A stretch of 63,972 nucleotides of DNA, counting the filler, from Gonapodya sp. JEL0774 (Eukaryota): assembly GCA_027604505.1 (NCBI GenBank). It is 4 parts of 4 records of this genome, joined end to end, with 100 filler letters (N's around TTAATTAATTAA, not from the genome) between each part and the next. Parts side by side here need not be neighbours in the genome. Positions count along the whole stretch, not along the records: positions 50,410 to 63,972 come from JADIIX010000325.1; 3 more parts are not named here. One strand, given 5' to 3'. The notes below the pieces were generated by a model, which was given only the letters and a program-made list of their open reading frames with translations, made no database searches and was not told where the DNA came from. Position numbers and translations under genes: made by a program. Every line of letters starts with the position of its first letter. Within the stretch, counting starts at the first letter, position 1. Positions 51,101 through 63,756 of the stretch are shown in pieces.

Positions 51101-52615
51101 ATGCACAAGTATCTCGTATTCGGACTGCTAGCGGGTAAGCTACTAATTTAATGCGTAATTGAGACTCCAGCAGATTCTGATCTGGGTGCACCGCTCCAAT
51201 TCACAGCTGTCGCACTAGCTGGATCAGGGAATGCATTGCCGGTCCCCACGAAACCGGTGAAGAACCCCGCTTTTCCTGGCCTTCCTTCAGTGGCGGTTCC
51301 GGCTGTGACTGGCGTTCCTACCGTGAACCTTCCGTCACTATCCAGTTTTCCAGTTGCGATTTCGACCTTGGGATTTCTCCCTGGGAACATTCCTTCAGTG
51401 GCCTTGCCCACCACCTCACTTCCAGTGCAGGTGTCAGTTGTGACGGGCCTCCCCGCCGTGAACATTCCATATCTCTCCAGTCTTCCGGTCGCGATACCAA
51501 CCCTGGGCTCTCTCCCGGTAAATAGTCGTTCGGCATTGCCCACCTTCTCACTTCCTGTGGAGATTCCGAGTGGGACAAGTCTCCCCGCAGTGAACATTCC
51601 GTCACTCTCCAGTCGCACGGTCGCAATCCCAACCTCGGGTTCTCTCCCTGTGAACATTCCTTTGGCCTTGCCCACCCTCTCACTGCCAGTGGAGATCCCG
51701 ACTGTGACTGGTATCCCTGCCGAGACCGTGCCATCGCTCTCCAGTCTCCCGGTCGCGATTCCATCCCAGGGCTCTCTCTCTGTGAACATTCCTTCGGCCT
51801 TGCCCACCCTCTCACTGCCAGTGGAGATCCCGACTGTGACTGGTATCCCTGCCGAGACCGTGCCATCGCTCTCCAGTCTCCCGGTCGCGATTCCATCCCA
51901 GGGCTCTCTCTCTGTGAACATTCCTTCGGCCTTGCCCACCCTCTCACTGCCAGTGGAGATCCCGACTGTGACTGGTATCCCTGCCGAGACCGTGCCATCG
52001 CTCTCCAGTCTCCCGGTCGCGATTCCATCCCAGGGCTCTCTCTCTGTGAGCATTCCTTCGGCCTTGCCCACCCTCTCACTGCCAGTGGAAATCCCGACTG
52101 TGACTGGTATCCCTGCCGAGACCGTGCCATCGCTCTCCAGTCTCCCGGTGGCGATTCCAACCCTGGGTTCTTTCCCGGTAAATATTCCTTCGGTTGCCTT
52201 GCCAAGCCCCTCGCTTCCTGCGAAGATCCCGGCGGTGACAGGCCTCCCTGCCGTGAATGTTCCATCGCTCTCCAATGTCCCCAACCAAGCGTTGAGCGTC
52301 CTCCCCGAATCCGTCCCTTCGGCCTTCCGTCACTCTTTCATGGTGCGTGCGCGCACCGTCGCCGGGGTGGCGGTTCCGGCACTTCCGATTCCACCTTTGC
52401 CACTCCCAGCCATTCCCGTCAACCTCGCGTCAGTCCCCGATTTACCTGTCGACGCTCCAGCGGTCACCCTCCCCAATCTACCGGTGGCTCTGCCTACGCT
52501 CTCTGCCCCGGTTCCGGTACCAACTGTACCCGTTCCCACAGTCGGGCTCTCGCTCCCTGAAGTCGAGATTACCAAGTTGCCGGTGGCTCTTCCCACAGGC
52601 GTTCCTCTCATTTGA
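51101..52615 (+). CDS. Secreted Pro/Ser/Thr/Val/Leu-rich tandem-repeat protein
   Basis: Signal peptide MHKYLVFGLLA|AVALAGSGNA split by a GTAAGC...CAG intron; the body consists of LPVxIP[ST] repeats. Confidence 0.8.
51290..52280 (+). repeat. Coding minisatellite, 132-nt (44-aa) period
   Basis: GGAGATCCCGACTGTG recurs at 51691, 51823 and 51955. Central copies are near-identical and flanking copies diverged. Confidence 0.95.
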
Positions 52616-52850
52616 GTCAGCGTTGGCGAAGGTGTCGGTGAGCAATACTACATTGCGCAAAGCGAGCGACTTTTCTCAGAGACTGGTAGACATCCCATTT
52701 CTCAACGTACGTATATGCTCACGTGCTCAGGAGGATTAGTTCAGAGTAGGGGAGGGAGGCATTATTCTTTGATTCAGGCTATTTTGTCGATGAGACTTGC
52801 GTTACATATACGTGCCGGCACATGAACACCATTCAACCGCAGTTCCAGAT

Positions 52851-55800
52851 ATGCGTGGCAGTACCCCAACCCGACCGTTCGCTGAACGCCGGACACAATC
52901 GCCCAGCACTCCGCCTAAGAAGGTCTCAGTGGCTAGTTCCAATTCAAACCCAGGTCAACTTCGCCTTCAAATCGAACAAAACGCGCTCCCATCTCACGGC
53001 CACTTCTTACAAGATGCAAGGAGCTCAGCTACAGGCTCAAGTCATGCGGCGATCCAGGCTGCATGGAGTCTGTTTGCATCGGTTGGTGAGCAGGATCGGA
53101 ACCTGTTTCTCAAGGGAATTCTCGCACGATGCGGAGCGGCGCAAGTAGAATTCGTGTGTACCACACTCAATCTCAAGTTCGCAGAGGCCGAGGTATTTGC
53201 GTGCCTGTTCTTGCGGACAGGAAGCGAGAGAATCGCACTAACGCGGTGAACTCGCCATATCCGAATGAATCACAAGCTTCCACCGATCCACTTGGGAAAC
53301 TTCCACAGCCAGCTTACACGCGAAAGAAAGCTACGCGGGGCAGGTGGTGCAGTTGGTGGTGTACTGGGTGGTGCGCGAATACGCATGGAAAACACCTGCA
53401 AGCAAGCATCGAACACCCCCCAGTCAATGAAAACGCGATTGGAAACTATTTCTCGACGGTATGAACACTTTCTTGAAGTAGTGAAGACTATTCGACGAAT
53501 GAAATCTTTTCGGGAAGTCCCCACCTTCGCGAACCGTCCACCTCCTTTCCGGTCCACAAAAACCCCACCACACTTCCTTCTACTCGAGTGGACGAAGCTC
53601 GCCCAGTAGATGTGACTCTCGCTCTGGAAAGGCAAATAGGCCGTGGTGGTGAAGACCTAAATGGAAGTCAGGTGTGTTCTGAAGGTTTGCGAGAGTGAAG
53701 TTCACTACAGCCAAGTGAAGACAGCTGAAAGTAGCGAGAATGTATTCTGCTGTGCAAGCAGGCAGGTGCACTGGAGTTTATGGAGAGACTGGTGGCCACC
53801 GACCAGGAAAGCTTGTACTCCATCTTTCGTGATTAAGATTAACAGCTCGTTATTTATTTTTGCAAGCAGGCTCAACAAACGACCTTGCCAGGCATTTTGT
53901 CACCAGTTTTTTCAAATTCTTCCCACTATGCTTCCCTTCTGAACTCACGTTCCGACCCGTCGGTTCTCCTTCGACACTTATCCTCACTACCGGCTCCAGC
54001 TGCTCTCCAATGTGCCCACTTTCTCGCTCACAGAGCGCATCGGCTTCTTGCAGCGGCGGACTTCACGCGGGATGCTGTCCGGGCACAGAGCCTCGAGGAA
54101 GGCGCCACCATGACCATAACAGCTGCTTGCGCTGCTGCAGGTGCCCACCATGCGACAGTATGGGCAATCGACGCAGCACTCGGAACTGCAAAAGTGCTCG
54201 CGTCAACATTCTTGCCCCTTTTGTCCTCTGTTCCCATCTCACGCCTCTTCCACCGCGTCGACTTACTCTCAGTCCCTCCCCGGCCTGCCCTCGCTGCCAA
54301 TGTGGCCGCTGATCCTGCACAACTTGCTCTCTTGACAGAGCTTTATGATGGGCTACCCAATGTAGTTGTTCGTAGCATAGCGACGGCGCCTATACTTCCT
54401 GGAGGAGGTTCGGAAGTGATTATCGGAGCTATCGAGGTGATCAACAAGGCGAAGGGCACAAGCGAACATGATGACGACAGCGAAGCTCCCTATTTTGCTC
54501 CAGATGATCTGGGAGCTCTCGAAGTTCTTGCAGCTGCAATTGCACCGCATCTCGTGAAGGCGATTTCGAAGGGCGAGACTGAGCAAAGAACCGCTAGGAC
54601 TCGAGAGGCAGTCGGAGCGGTTCAACGAATGGTAGAGGCAGTAGCTTATGCGGCGTCAGATAACTGTGATGATGGGAATGAGTTGGGAGCGCAGGATGAA
54701 AGTACTGAGCTATTCATTAGGGACGCAGGCCCGGCTTTAGCTTCTGTACTCGGCGCTGAGCGTGGACATATTTTTTTACTGAACACGGAGAGTACAGGGG
54801 AGATTTGGACTGTGTTGGATCTCGGCGGTGAGATGAAGACAGTCAGGATTGGGCTTGATCGCGCGGGCTTGGTGAGGCAGTGCGAACAAACGGGCGAAAT
54901 CATCTCTGCGTAAGCGTTTTGTTGCTGGTTTGAGCTCAAACTTACCTAGGTAAAGGTTGTTGTGTCTTGGCAAGCTCCCCACCTCCGAGCTCACACGCTC
55001 TTCTAGATCGTCTTCTCTCCAAAACACCATCGCGTTCGGTGGTCTGCGCGCCGCTTAGAAATCGCGCTACAGATGAAGTGGTGGGATTCATGCTTTTGGC
55101 TGACAAACGTGATTTGCAATCACAGGGGATGGGCAGTGGTGAAGGAGGAAGAACAGAGAGTTCCCTCCCTCACAAGTTCACGGAGGAAGACATTTCCGTC
55201 ATGGGTGCTCTCGCGGGTCTCAGTGAGTGTCACGTGGTGCCTCCATCGTATTCCAAGAAACCCAAATTCAACTATAGTTATCCTCCATCTCAGCATCTGC
55301 ATGCCTTGATCTGTGTTTCCGTCTGCGTCGTGCAAACGAACGTGCGAGAGACCGCGCATGTGAAACTGCATATCTCGCGGCTGTGCTTAACTGCATGCCC
55401 AATGGTCGTGTGATTGCGACATTTGACGGAGCAGGAAGATTGGTATGTTTTTTCCCCTTTGAAAGACCTCATGATCGATTCATCCCTGAGTTGTTGGTGT
55501 CGCTTGGACAATCAGCGTAATGTGAACCGCCCCGCTCCACTTGGGCTGGTTTCCGATGAACAACTAGACATCGCGCGATCAACCCACTTCCGGTCATGGC
55601 TCGGTGCAGGTGGTATGAACACAGGCATGGTTGCGGATCTAGAGCGCGTTCGTCGTGGAATGTCAGGACACTCAGGAGTAAGAAAGAATAACAGGATCGT
55701 TGGAAGGAATTTTGCGTTGGATATGCTGGACGCTCCCGATCGTCATCCAATCGTGGATTACGAAATCGGAATTATAGACGGAGTTGGGGCAAGTGCAACA

Positions 55801-57003
55801 GGGGAGACGTTAGAAGGAGGCGACGAGTGTGGGCAAGATCTGGTGCTCCTGTTGGAGGAAGTCGATTATTCGAAAAAATTGATAGACGCGCTAGGAAGGT
55901 GGGAGGGCTCCCATTTGCTGGATGTTTTATCCTGTGATTAATGGTGATACCTCTCGCGGTAATTTGCCATAAGAGTCTTTCCGGCAGCTGAAGTTTCCAG
56001 GGTGCTCGAGGTACCAGACGAGATCAGCCTGGGCACAACAACAAAAGCGAGCGTAATGGTTACCGATATTAAGGATTGTAAGTGGAAGGTCTCTCATTTT
56101 GTTTTGACACCTTTTATATCTGATCTAATTTCGTCCTTGCATCACAAAGTCTCTCATATCTCTGAGATTATGGACGGATCCGATGTACTGGCGCTATTGA
56201 ACGAACACTTTGCGGTTGTTGTGGAAAGTGTGGCAAAGCACGGTGGGGTGAGCCATGCATTCATGTGGAGTGTGTGAGTGCGGGAGTCGTGTTTAATATT
56301 GGAAACTCCCCCTTCGAATTTCAACAGTTTGTTGACAAGTTCATGGGTGATGGCTCTCTCTCTGCGTTCGGAGTTCCCTTCTCCTCCGCTACCGATTCAC
56401 GAAAGGCAGTTCTCGCAGCACTTCGCGTAAGAGACGCTGTGACGCACATGAACGCAACGAGAGCGTCTAGGGGCCTTCCTGAAGTCAGAGTTTCCACCAT
56501 GATTGCCACCGGGTCGGTACTTGCTGGACTGATGGGCGGAGCCCACCGGTGTGACTTCACTGTAGTAGGTTCGACTGTGGGACTCGCAATTGCCGGTGAG
56601 CGGGCAGCGAGAGAGTATGGATGCGCCGTGATATTAGATCAAGTGACAAGAGATGAGGTCATGGATGTGTTCCAGATTCGAGAGTTGGACACAGTTGGCA
56701 TTGAAGGTCACGGCAAAGTTACACTGTACGAAGCAATCGCTGATGTGGAGACTGAGATATCACAAGACGAATTGGCCACCATGGTGTGTTATGAGTTGGG
56801 ATTAGGGGAGTACAGGTGAGTCGTTAGTGTTCGCTAGAGATACAAGCTTTTTATGCATGCATGGGCTCGAAAGGTCGAAGAATTGGACAGCGGCTGTTCA
56901 GCAATTCAAGAAGTCGGTTCAGTTGACCAACGACGCACCGTCAAGATACATGATTGGAAAGTGCACAGATCGCATGAGGGAGTTAGAGGCCAAATTGAAT
57001 TGA
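52851..57003 (+). CDS. GAF-GAF-PAS-like-class III nucleotidyl cyclase-TPR protein (CyaB-like architecture), multi-exon
   Basis: GAF motifs RSIATAPI...IGAIEVINK...F..DD and RSVVCAPL...VVGFMLLADK...FTEED; cyclase SVMVTDIKD...VDKFMGDG...RCDFTVVG; C-terminal YELGLGEYRSKNWTAAVQQFKKSVQL (TPR). Start uncertain. Confidence 0.88.
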
Positions 57004-57470
57004 TGAATGGTGGAAATGTATGTAGTATGATAATGACATCACTGTTTCTGTGGTGTTTTGCTGCATTCGAGCTGGCCCTCACGTGCATGCGGAGAATCTC
57101 CACTTATTGTACGCCCCACACCTGTAACTCTCACACATAGATTTATAATCCGATCTGGCTGCCTTTTTCGTCGCACGCTGTATCTCTCAAACCCTATGTT
57201 ACAGTAATCATTGAGGTTGTACTTTGACTTCAGAGTCGAGTCCGCAAACGGCACACTCGACCTGTCCGAGACAGGACACCCAGAATTACAAAGGGAGCAT
57301 TGCTATCACTCTAGGAGGAGAGCATGGGGGCATTCATCATAGCATTCGATGCTTGGGTGGGGTGTTGGGCAAAATAGTTGGTGCAGTGTGAGGTCGCCAA
57401 ATAAACACTAGCACCAAAAGGACGGAGAAAGAATCATCGAGTGATTCGATCCCATTTTCGTGCATTTTAT

Positions 57471-60400
57471 ATGTCTTTCAAAGCGGAGACCACTGACGGC
57501 GAAGTTCTACCCGACTCCGCGTTTGCTCAGGGGAGTCGTGTCTCACCGTCTCCCCCGCCAACGGACGAGGGGGTGGAAGGCTCGATTGAGTACAATGCAG
57601 AAATGGGAGTGCGCGATGATGGCGATGGTGAAGTGGACGGGCGAGACGGAGTTTCAACTGGGGCTGGAGATGGTGGGCCTGTGGGGCTGGAGCCGGACGA
57701 AGACGCGAACGGGGCCGCGGAGGGAGAGGGTATGGAGGTTGATGAGCCTTTAGGAAATGAACACCAGGATGGAGTACCTGCACCAGCGGAAGGTGGAATC
57801 CAAGCCGAAGGCGCAACACCGATTCTTGTGGCACCCAAAATGCAGAGTGGGAAGGTGGCTTCTTCCACTGGGAGAACCAATGGTCACCATAGCTCAGTCA
57901 AGGGTGGACATAAGCCGAAAGTGCCTGTCATCTACAAGCCACGGCCCTGGCTCGTCGAAACCGTGGGCACAGAGACTGGGGAGTGCACTGTATGCGGAAC
58001 ACACATTCCGCGTTTGGTCGATTGGTACCTCAACCGTCACGAGAATACACTTAAACACAATCAGGCGGGCAGGGACAAGGTCCCTGGAGTGGTGGGTGCC
58101 GAGCACGGGGGTGCGGTCTGTGGCGTTTGGGGACCATGCTGTGAGGAGGGAGAGGGTCTTCCTCCCCGCCCGCCTCGCAGGCCTGGCTACGCCTACGTAC
58201 CTTTCTCCGCTGACTCCGACCTTGTGGCTCTGATCAAGGCCGAACCCAGCATTCCCGAAATTCAGGAGACCCGACTCAGACCGAAACGACCAGCCGTTGG
58301 TGCACTTGTCGACCCTCAGTACGACGGGCCTCCATCACCTTCGGGCTCACATGACTCAAACCATTCACCACCACCATCTGCTTCGCGGAAACGGCGCCGT
58401 AAACCTTTATTCTCGGCTTCTCCTGCGCGACCAAACCCGTTCATCCCCGCACCTTTGGCTGGCCCTCCACCTCCACATTCCCTTACTCGCCCGTTTTTTG
58501 AACGCCACTTAGATCTCTCTGCTGACGCTGAAGAGCTCGCATACGCTCGGACTCCGGAGCGCTTCTGGGAGATCTACCGCGATTCTGAGAACTGGTTGAG
58601 CGATGTGGGGCTGCAAAGTGTCGGAGATTTTGAGCGAACACGAAAATCTGCCGTTGAGGGAAATGACGCGGCATCGACAGGGGGCATCGAATCTTTGAAG
58701 GTCCGGGTAGTTGGAGTGCAGGTGAGCAAGCCAACTCATCACTGCTCATCGCTGCAATGGCAGTTACAAAACTATTTGCCAACATTTGTTGGTTGAATAA
58801 CATCCTTCCACAAGTCTCATGCTCCGCCACTTGAACTTTTCAAACGCATACACCGCTTTTCTCGGGCACTCTTTCCCTTCCTCCCAGTTCGAGTGTGCCC
58901 CAACACTCACATCTCCGTCGCCGCTCGCACCGCCCCTCCATCGTCTAAGACTCCAACTTCAATATCCACTCCATCCCAATCTCATACTCCACTTGGTCGC
59001 GACCGCGACCATGATAGTGCTGAATCCGTATGGGCATTCGGATCATTCGGATCATCGCAGGCTCATCAAACAGAAACACCACCATCGAAAGACAATACAG
59101 AACCTCTGTCCGGGAATGATGCATCTCATATCCTACCCGATGATGGATCTTATGATGTTACCAAACCCGATCCGCCTCAAAGGCCGGCAGGTGTTCCGTA
59201 TCTTGATGTGGACGATGTCATGGACGCTATGGACCGATCTGACGCTTTGGAACGAAGTTTGAAAGGGTGAGTTGAAGTAGTGATTAAATCTCAGTCTCTT
59301 CTTCAGAATACAAGGTTTGGATGGAGACAGGAGGTCCTAACACCATCGGCTTCCACTTGCCAGTGCTGTCGCCCTGACCGATACAGAGCTTCGTGGTGCT
59401 GTAGGTGCTCCCATGGATCGCTCAGTACCTGCAGAGCCACCTCTGCTTGAGACTCTTGACGCGTCTTCGTGCATCACCGAGTATCCACTGTCGTCTCTGA
59501 AGCCCAACTCTGGCCACTCGTCAGGCGCGCTCCTCCCCAATGGCGGAGGAAGTGAGAGGGTGTGGCGGAGGTCCAATGCTGTTTTGTCGACGTTTAGAAT
59601 GGCGGGAGGCAGGCACACACCGGAGATGGACGAGGAGGGTAAAGTCACAGACGCGGGGTTTGTGAAGAGAATGCTCAAGGTGGGTGGCTGCGTTTACTTT
59701 GTAATCTGTGCTTTAACTTGAGTTGACGAGTGGGAACGTTAAGCTTTTTGGCAAGTACACCTTAGAGTGTTTCGATATCAAAGAATGCGGCTTTTACACA
59801 TGTATGATGAATCCCGGTGAGTTCCTGTGTCCCATACCCTCTTTCCTTGCTTCCATTTAGCTCTACCGTCTCTCCAGATCTTCCAACCAACCCCTCTCTG
59901 CACCTTTGCCCCCTTTGTCTTCAAAAACTCCACCGTCTACATCCTTTCCACCTACCAACATACCTGACCGACGCCGCAACATTTTTTAGGGGATTGAGCG
60001 GCGAACCGCAGATGAAAGGCCAGTTTGATGTAGAGGCGGAGTGGTACGAGGAAATTGGGACGTATGTCAGAGAAAAGGTTGGGCTTGGGGAAGGAAGTGA
60101 GTTTTCACGCAGACCCTGCACGAATCGTATGTCAGTGTATCATTTTGCTCATCTGATTCAACAGAATCCAAATTCAAAATCACAATTTCTGCCAACTCCA
60201 CCAAAACAGCGACAGGAGATGGTGGCACCAAAGTAAATGGTGCGGTTGGTGCCTCCACCGCGCCAACAGCTGCAAACAGCACGCGCTCGGCTGCCATGTC
60301 TGCTGCCGCGGCCGAAGTTAGCAAAAGACGGAAAAGGGACGATACGGGCCGGTGGGTGCCAGGTGGACTTGGCCCGATGGGAGGGCCAGGGGGTGGGGGT

Positions 60401-60793
60401 GGTGGCGCGAGAGTCTATCAGTCGGGAGCTCCCATGTTGTTGCACATGCACCTCTACCCGAGTACGGTTCCGTCATATCCCAAGCGGAGCAACTCGCTGC
60501 TTATAAGCCCGACCACAACTATCGGAGAGCTTCTATCCCGGCCAGCAATGATAAGGCTGAAGAAGATGGCCGTGGAACAGGGGGGTATTCATGAAGACGG
60601 TTCTGCTAGCACTGCGGAGGTGTACCTGACGGACCGGGATGGTGTAGAATGGGATCTTGGGGTGAGAATGGGGGATGTCGACGGGACTACCCCAGAAGGA
60701 AAAGGTGGCTCGAAAGACGAAGATTCACAACGGCGCGCAGGGAAGGTGGTATGGGTAAGGATTAGATTTGTGGATGATGGAGATATTTGGTAG
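57471..60793 (+). CDS. Inactive archaemetzincin (peptidase M54-like) fusion protein with N-terminal C2H2-type Zn finger, multi-exon
   Basis: CTVCG...RHENTLKH; NWLSDVGLQSVGDF; VALTDTEL; VLSTFRM; KRMLK|LFGKYTLECFDIKECGFYTCMMNP|...LHLCPLCLQKL. The single-gene model is inferred. Confidence 0.65.
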
Positions 60794-61043
60794 TCCTCGT
60801 CATTTATGTCCTGATGCGGGAAGCTCGATATACATTGGCATTATTATTGTTGTCCCATTCTCTAGTCGTGCAAACGCGAACGGTCAGTGCGCATTTTCCT
60901 GGTAGAGCAACCATTCATACCAGGACTGCCTAGTGTGCCGACCAACTGACATCAGAAGAGGACTCTTTACTTCGAACTGTATAGTGTCACTGCCCCTTCA
61001 GCGAGGGCCTCAAGGTTGAAACCGAGAACTGACGCTCTTCATA

Positions 61044-63663
61044 ATGGATCGCTCGTGTGACTATGTCATCGTATTCAACAAGGGTGCTATAAAGCATACG
61101 GGCAGTTTCTCGGCTCTGCGCCAGCGAGCTTGGCAGGAACTCATTACGAGAGTTTCGGACAAGAAGCTGGGCGCGACAGTGGAATGCAAATCGCTCGATA
61201 AGGATAGATTGGTGTTATGTGTGAAAGTTTGTGATGAATCAGTCTTGGAAACCATGAAACAGGAAAAGTGAGTAGGATCGTCAGAATTCGTCGTACAGTG
61301 CTCTTATGTAATTTATGACGAGAGGAATGATGTGCGGCGAAACCGCCGATGTTGGGACAACTTGCGTGCCGTTTCCGTTGAACGATCCATTCAAGCTCTT
61401 TCTTTTCCTCGCACTTATCAGAAATTTTGTTAAACAGTCGCCGGGAGTATGTGGCAGGTGGTCCGACAGACCTCATTTCGAGCGACCCTGCCATCGTTCC
61501 TCAGTCCACCCGACTTCGAATTGTGTATAATCTCCTAACCGAACCATTATCCAAAGGCGGGGCTGGTATTAGTCTTGAAGAGGGTATCATTTCCCGCGAG
61601 CTACAAGGTCCTCCCGGCACAGCAGATCTTGTGAATCTGTCCGACTTCGTGGAGGCTGTGTTCCCTCTAATGGACACTGCGTTTAACAAAGAATGGATAC
61701 CTTCATGGGCGTCCAAACGCAGCATTTCATTTGAAGATTTAACCAAAGTCCGAAATGTGTATGGCGAGAGGGTTGCATTCTACTTTGCGTTTGAGCAGTT
61801 CTACAACTTTTGGCTACTAGGACTGGCAGGGGTTGGTGTTGTAGCTTGGTGGACAGGATGGGGACAATACAGGGCCTGGTGGGCACTCACCGTGGTTAGT
61901 TTTGGCTGTCAGAAATGAGGACTCCCGCACAAACCGCTAAAACGGCTTCAATGTCATCATCCAGATACTTTGGGCGGTCCTTTTCACAGAATTTCTGGGC
62001 CGACACTGTATCGATCTTGCATACCGCTGGCGAACACATTTTGTCCCTTTCGTCATGTCCGACCTCACACACAACAAGCCCAGTTTCTCTCTTGCGAATG
62101 CTCTCGAAAAACTCGGGGTGAATATCCAATCAATTCGTGATTTGGTGATCGCAACGGGGTTGGAGGGAGCCGTGCAGAATGTTGTTGCCAAGATCACGGT
62201 TATGTCAGCCATGGTGCTAGGCTTCGCTGCGATGACTGCAATGAACGCGATCATATTCAGCATTGACACATTTTTAAATGAGGCAAGTGACTTAGATGGC
62301 CAGAAATACTCGAACTTCCTTTACCACCTCCAACCAACCAACCACAGTATTACGAAGGGCCTTTCAAGGACATCCTGTTGTACGTCCCCATGACCATATT
62401 TCTTGTCCTTGGCTCCCCACTCGGCGAACTATTGACCTCTCTTGCGCGACGGCTCTCCAAGGCCGAGCGCCACCAGAAGCTATCAGAGCAAGACAGGGAT
62501 TTGACGTTCAAGATGTTTGTGCTTCAAAGCATGGCGGCGTTTTTGCCCGGGCTTTTCTTAACTTTTAGTGAGTTCTCGGAGTTCATCATCATGTCTCTAC
62601 TACAGGTAACAATTGGGCTCCAGTTTATATGCCGCTAGGCGGTAAAGTTTGGTGGCTGGGGAAAGCTCCGCGTCGATATAGACTTCAAGCGACTGTGGTA
62701 CGTTCAGAATCCAAGACAAGGCCCCAGATTTCGTTGTGCAATGTGTTCATCACTAAGTGACACGGCGACCCATAGACATACCTCCTCATCACCAATCAGG
62801 TAAAAAACGCAGTGATGGAAAATGTTGTACCCTTCGTGCAACGAGCGGTTTCCAAAGAGATCACAGGACTGCTTGAGCGCGGTGCGGATATCTCTCGAAC
62901 ACTTGCTAATGCCGATATCCGAGGAGCAGCACGTGAGGCTTTCAAGGTTGTTTCTGTGGATTATTCAGGTGCAAATACTGGCGCAGATCCTTTGCTTGAT
63001 CAAATCAAGAGAGAAATAGGGTGGACCTCGTACGATGATTTTGCGGACTATTCTGAGATGGTGGTTCAGTTTGGAAATGTTGTGCTCTTCTCTATTGTGT
63101 TCCCTCTTGCACCAATGTTTGCTCTCGCAAACAACCTCATTGAGCTGCGATCTGACGCTTTCAAGTTTGCATATTCTATGAGACGGCCTGTGCCGTCGCG
63201 TGCGGCGGATTTCCGGGGTTGGGAAGATGCAATGGTGAGTTTGATAATGTGAATACATGGTAATTCCTCATTGAATTGAATTTTCCATCACGCTTAGTCT
63301 GTCCTCACCTGGCTCGCATCCGTGGTGAACCCGACCATTGTCGTCTATTTTAGTCGTTCCGAAGAGAACTGCCAGTCTCCTGAAGATTGCAATGAACCTT
63401 TGTCCATCGATATTCAAGAAGCAGCTGCGTCCCTACTCTTTGCCCAGGCGTTGTTCTTTGTCTTGCGTTATTTGGTCAGAGGACTGGTGGCAAGTTTCCC
63501 AGTATCATCCGTGCAGGCAGAACGTGCACATGAAAGGGAGGCGAGAGAGGCAATCATGAGACGTGATCAATCTGCTGCTGAAACGAGCCGGATTCTCTCA
63601 TTCGAATCAACTGTACCTGAAGGCTTGATGAATTTACTGGAAAGACTGGACAAAAGGGAGTAG
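61044..63663 (+). CDS. Anoctamin / TMEM16 (Ist2-like) scramblase-channel, multi-exon
   Basis: DYVIVF, RLRIVYNLLT, VRNVYGERVAFYFAF, TNQ...ENVVP, DYSEMVVQFG, NNLIELRSDAFK, RRPVPSRA. Confidence 0.93.
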
Positions 63664-63756
63664 CCCTAGGCATTAGCGACCTATCTGACAATTTTGCAGA
63701 ATCTAAGAATCTCAGATCCAGAGATCATCCACTATGCTCAACTTTCGGACTCTCGT

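Noticed and set aside
51148..52284. Long antisense ORFs (378 aa and 315 aa) over the repeat gene
   Set aside because: By-products of a stop-poor tandem repeat; the TATA box, signal peptide and intron support the plus strand.
37674..63663. GPCR array + cyclase + anoctamin as a clustered olfaction-like signalling cascade
   Set aside because: The GPCRs are on a different contig, separated by the artificial linker at 50310-50409. Contigs look size-sorted (16,524 and 16,519 bp), so proximity is an artefact, and the cyclase is not a G-protein-regulated type.
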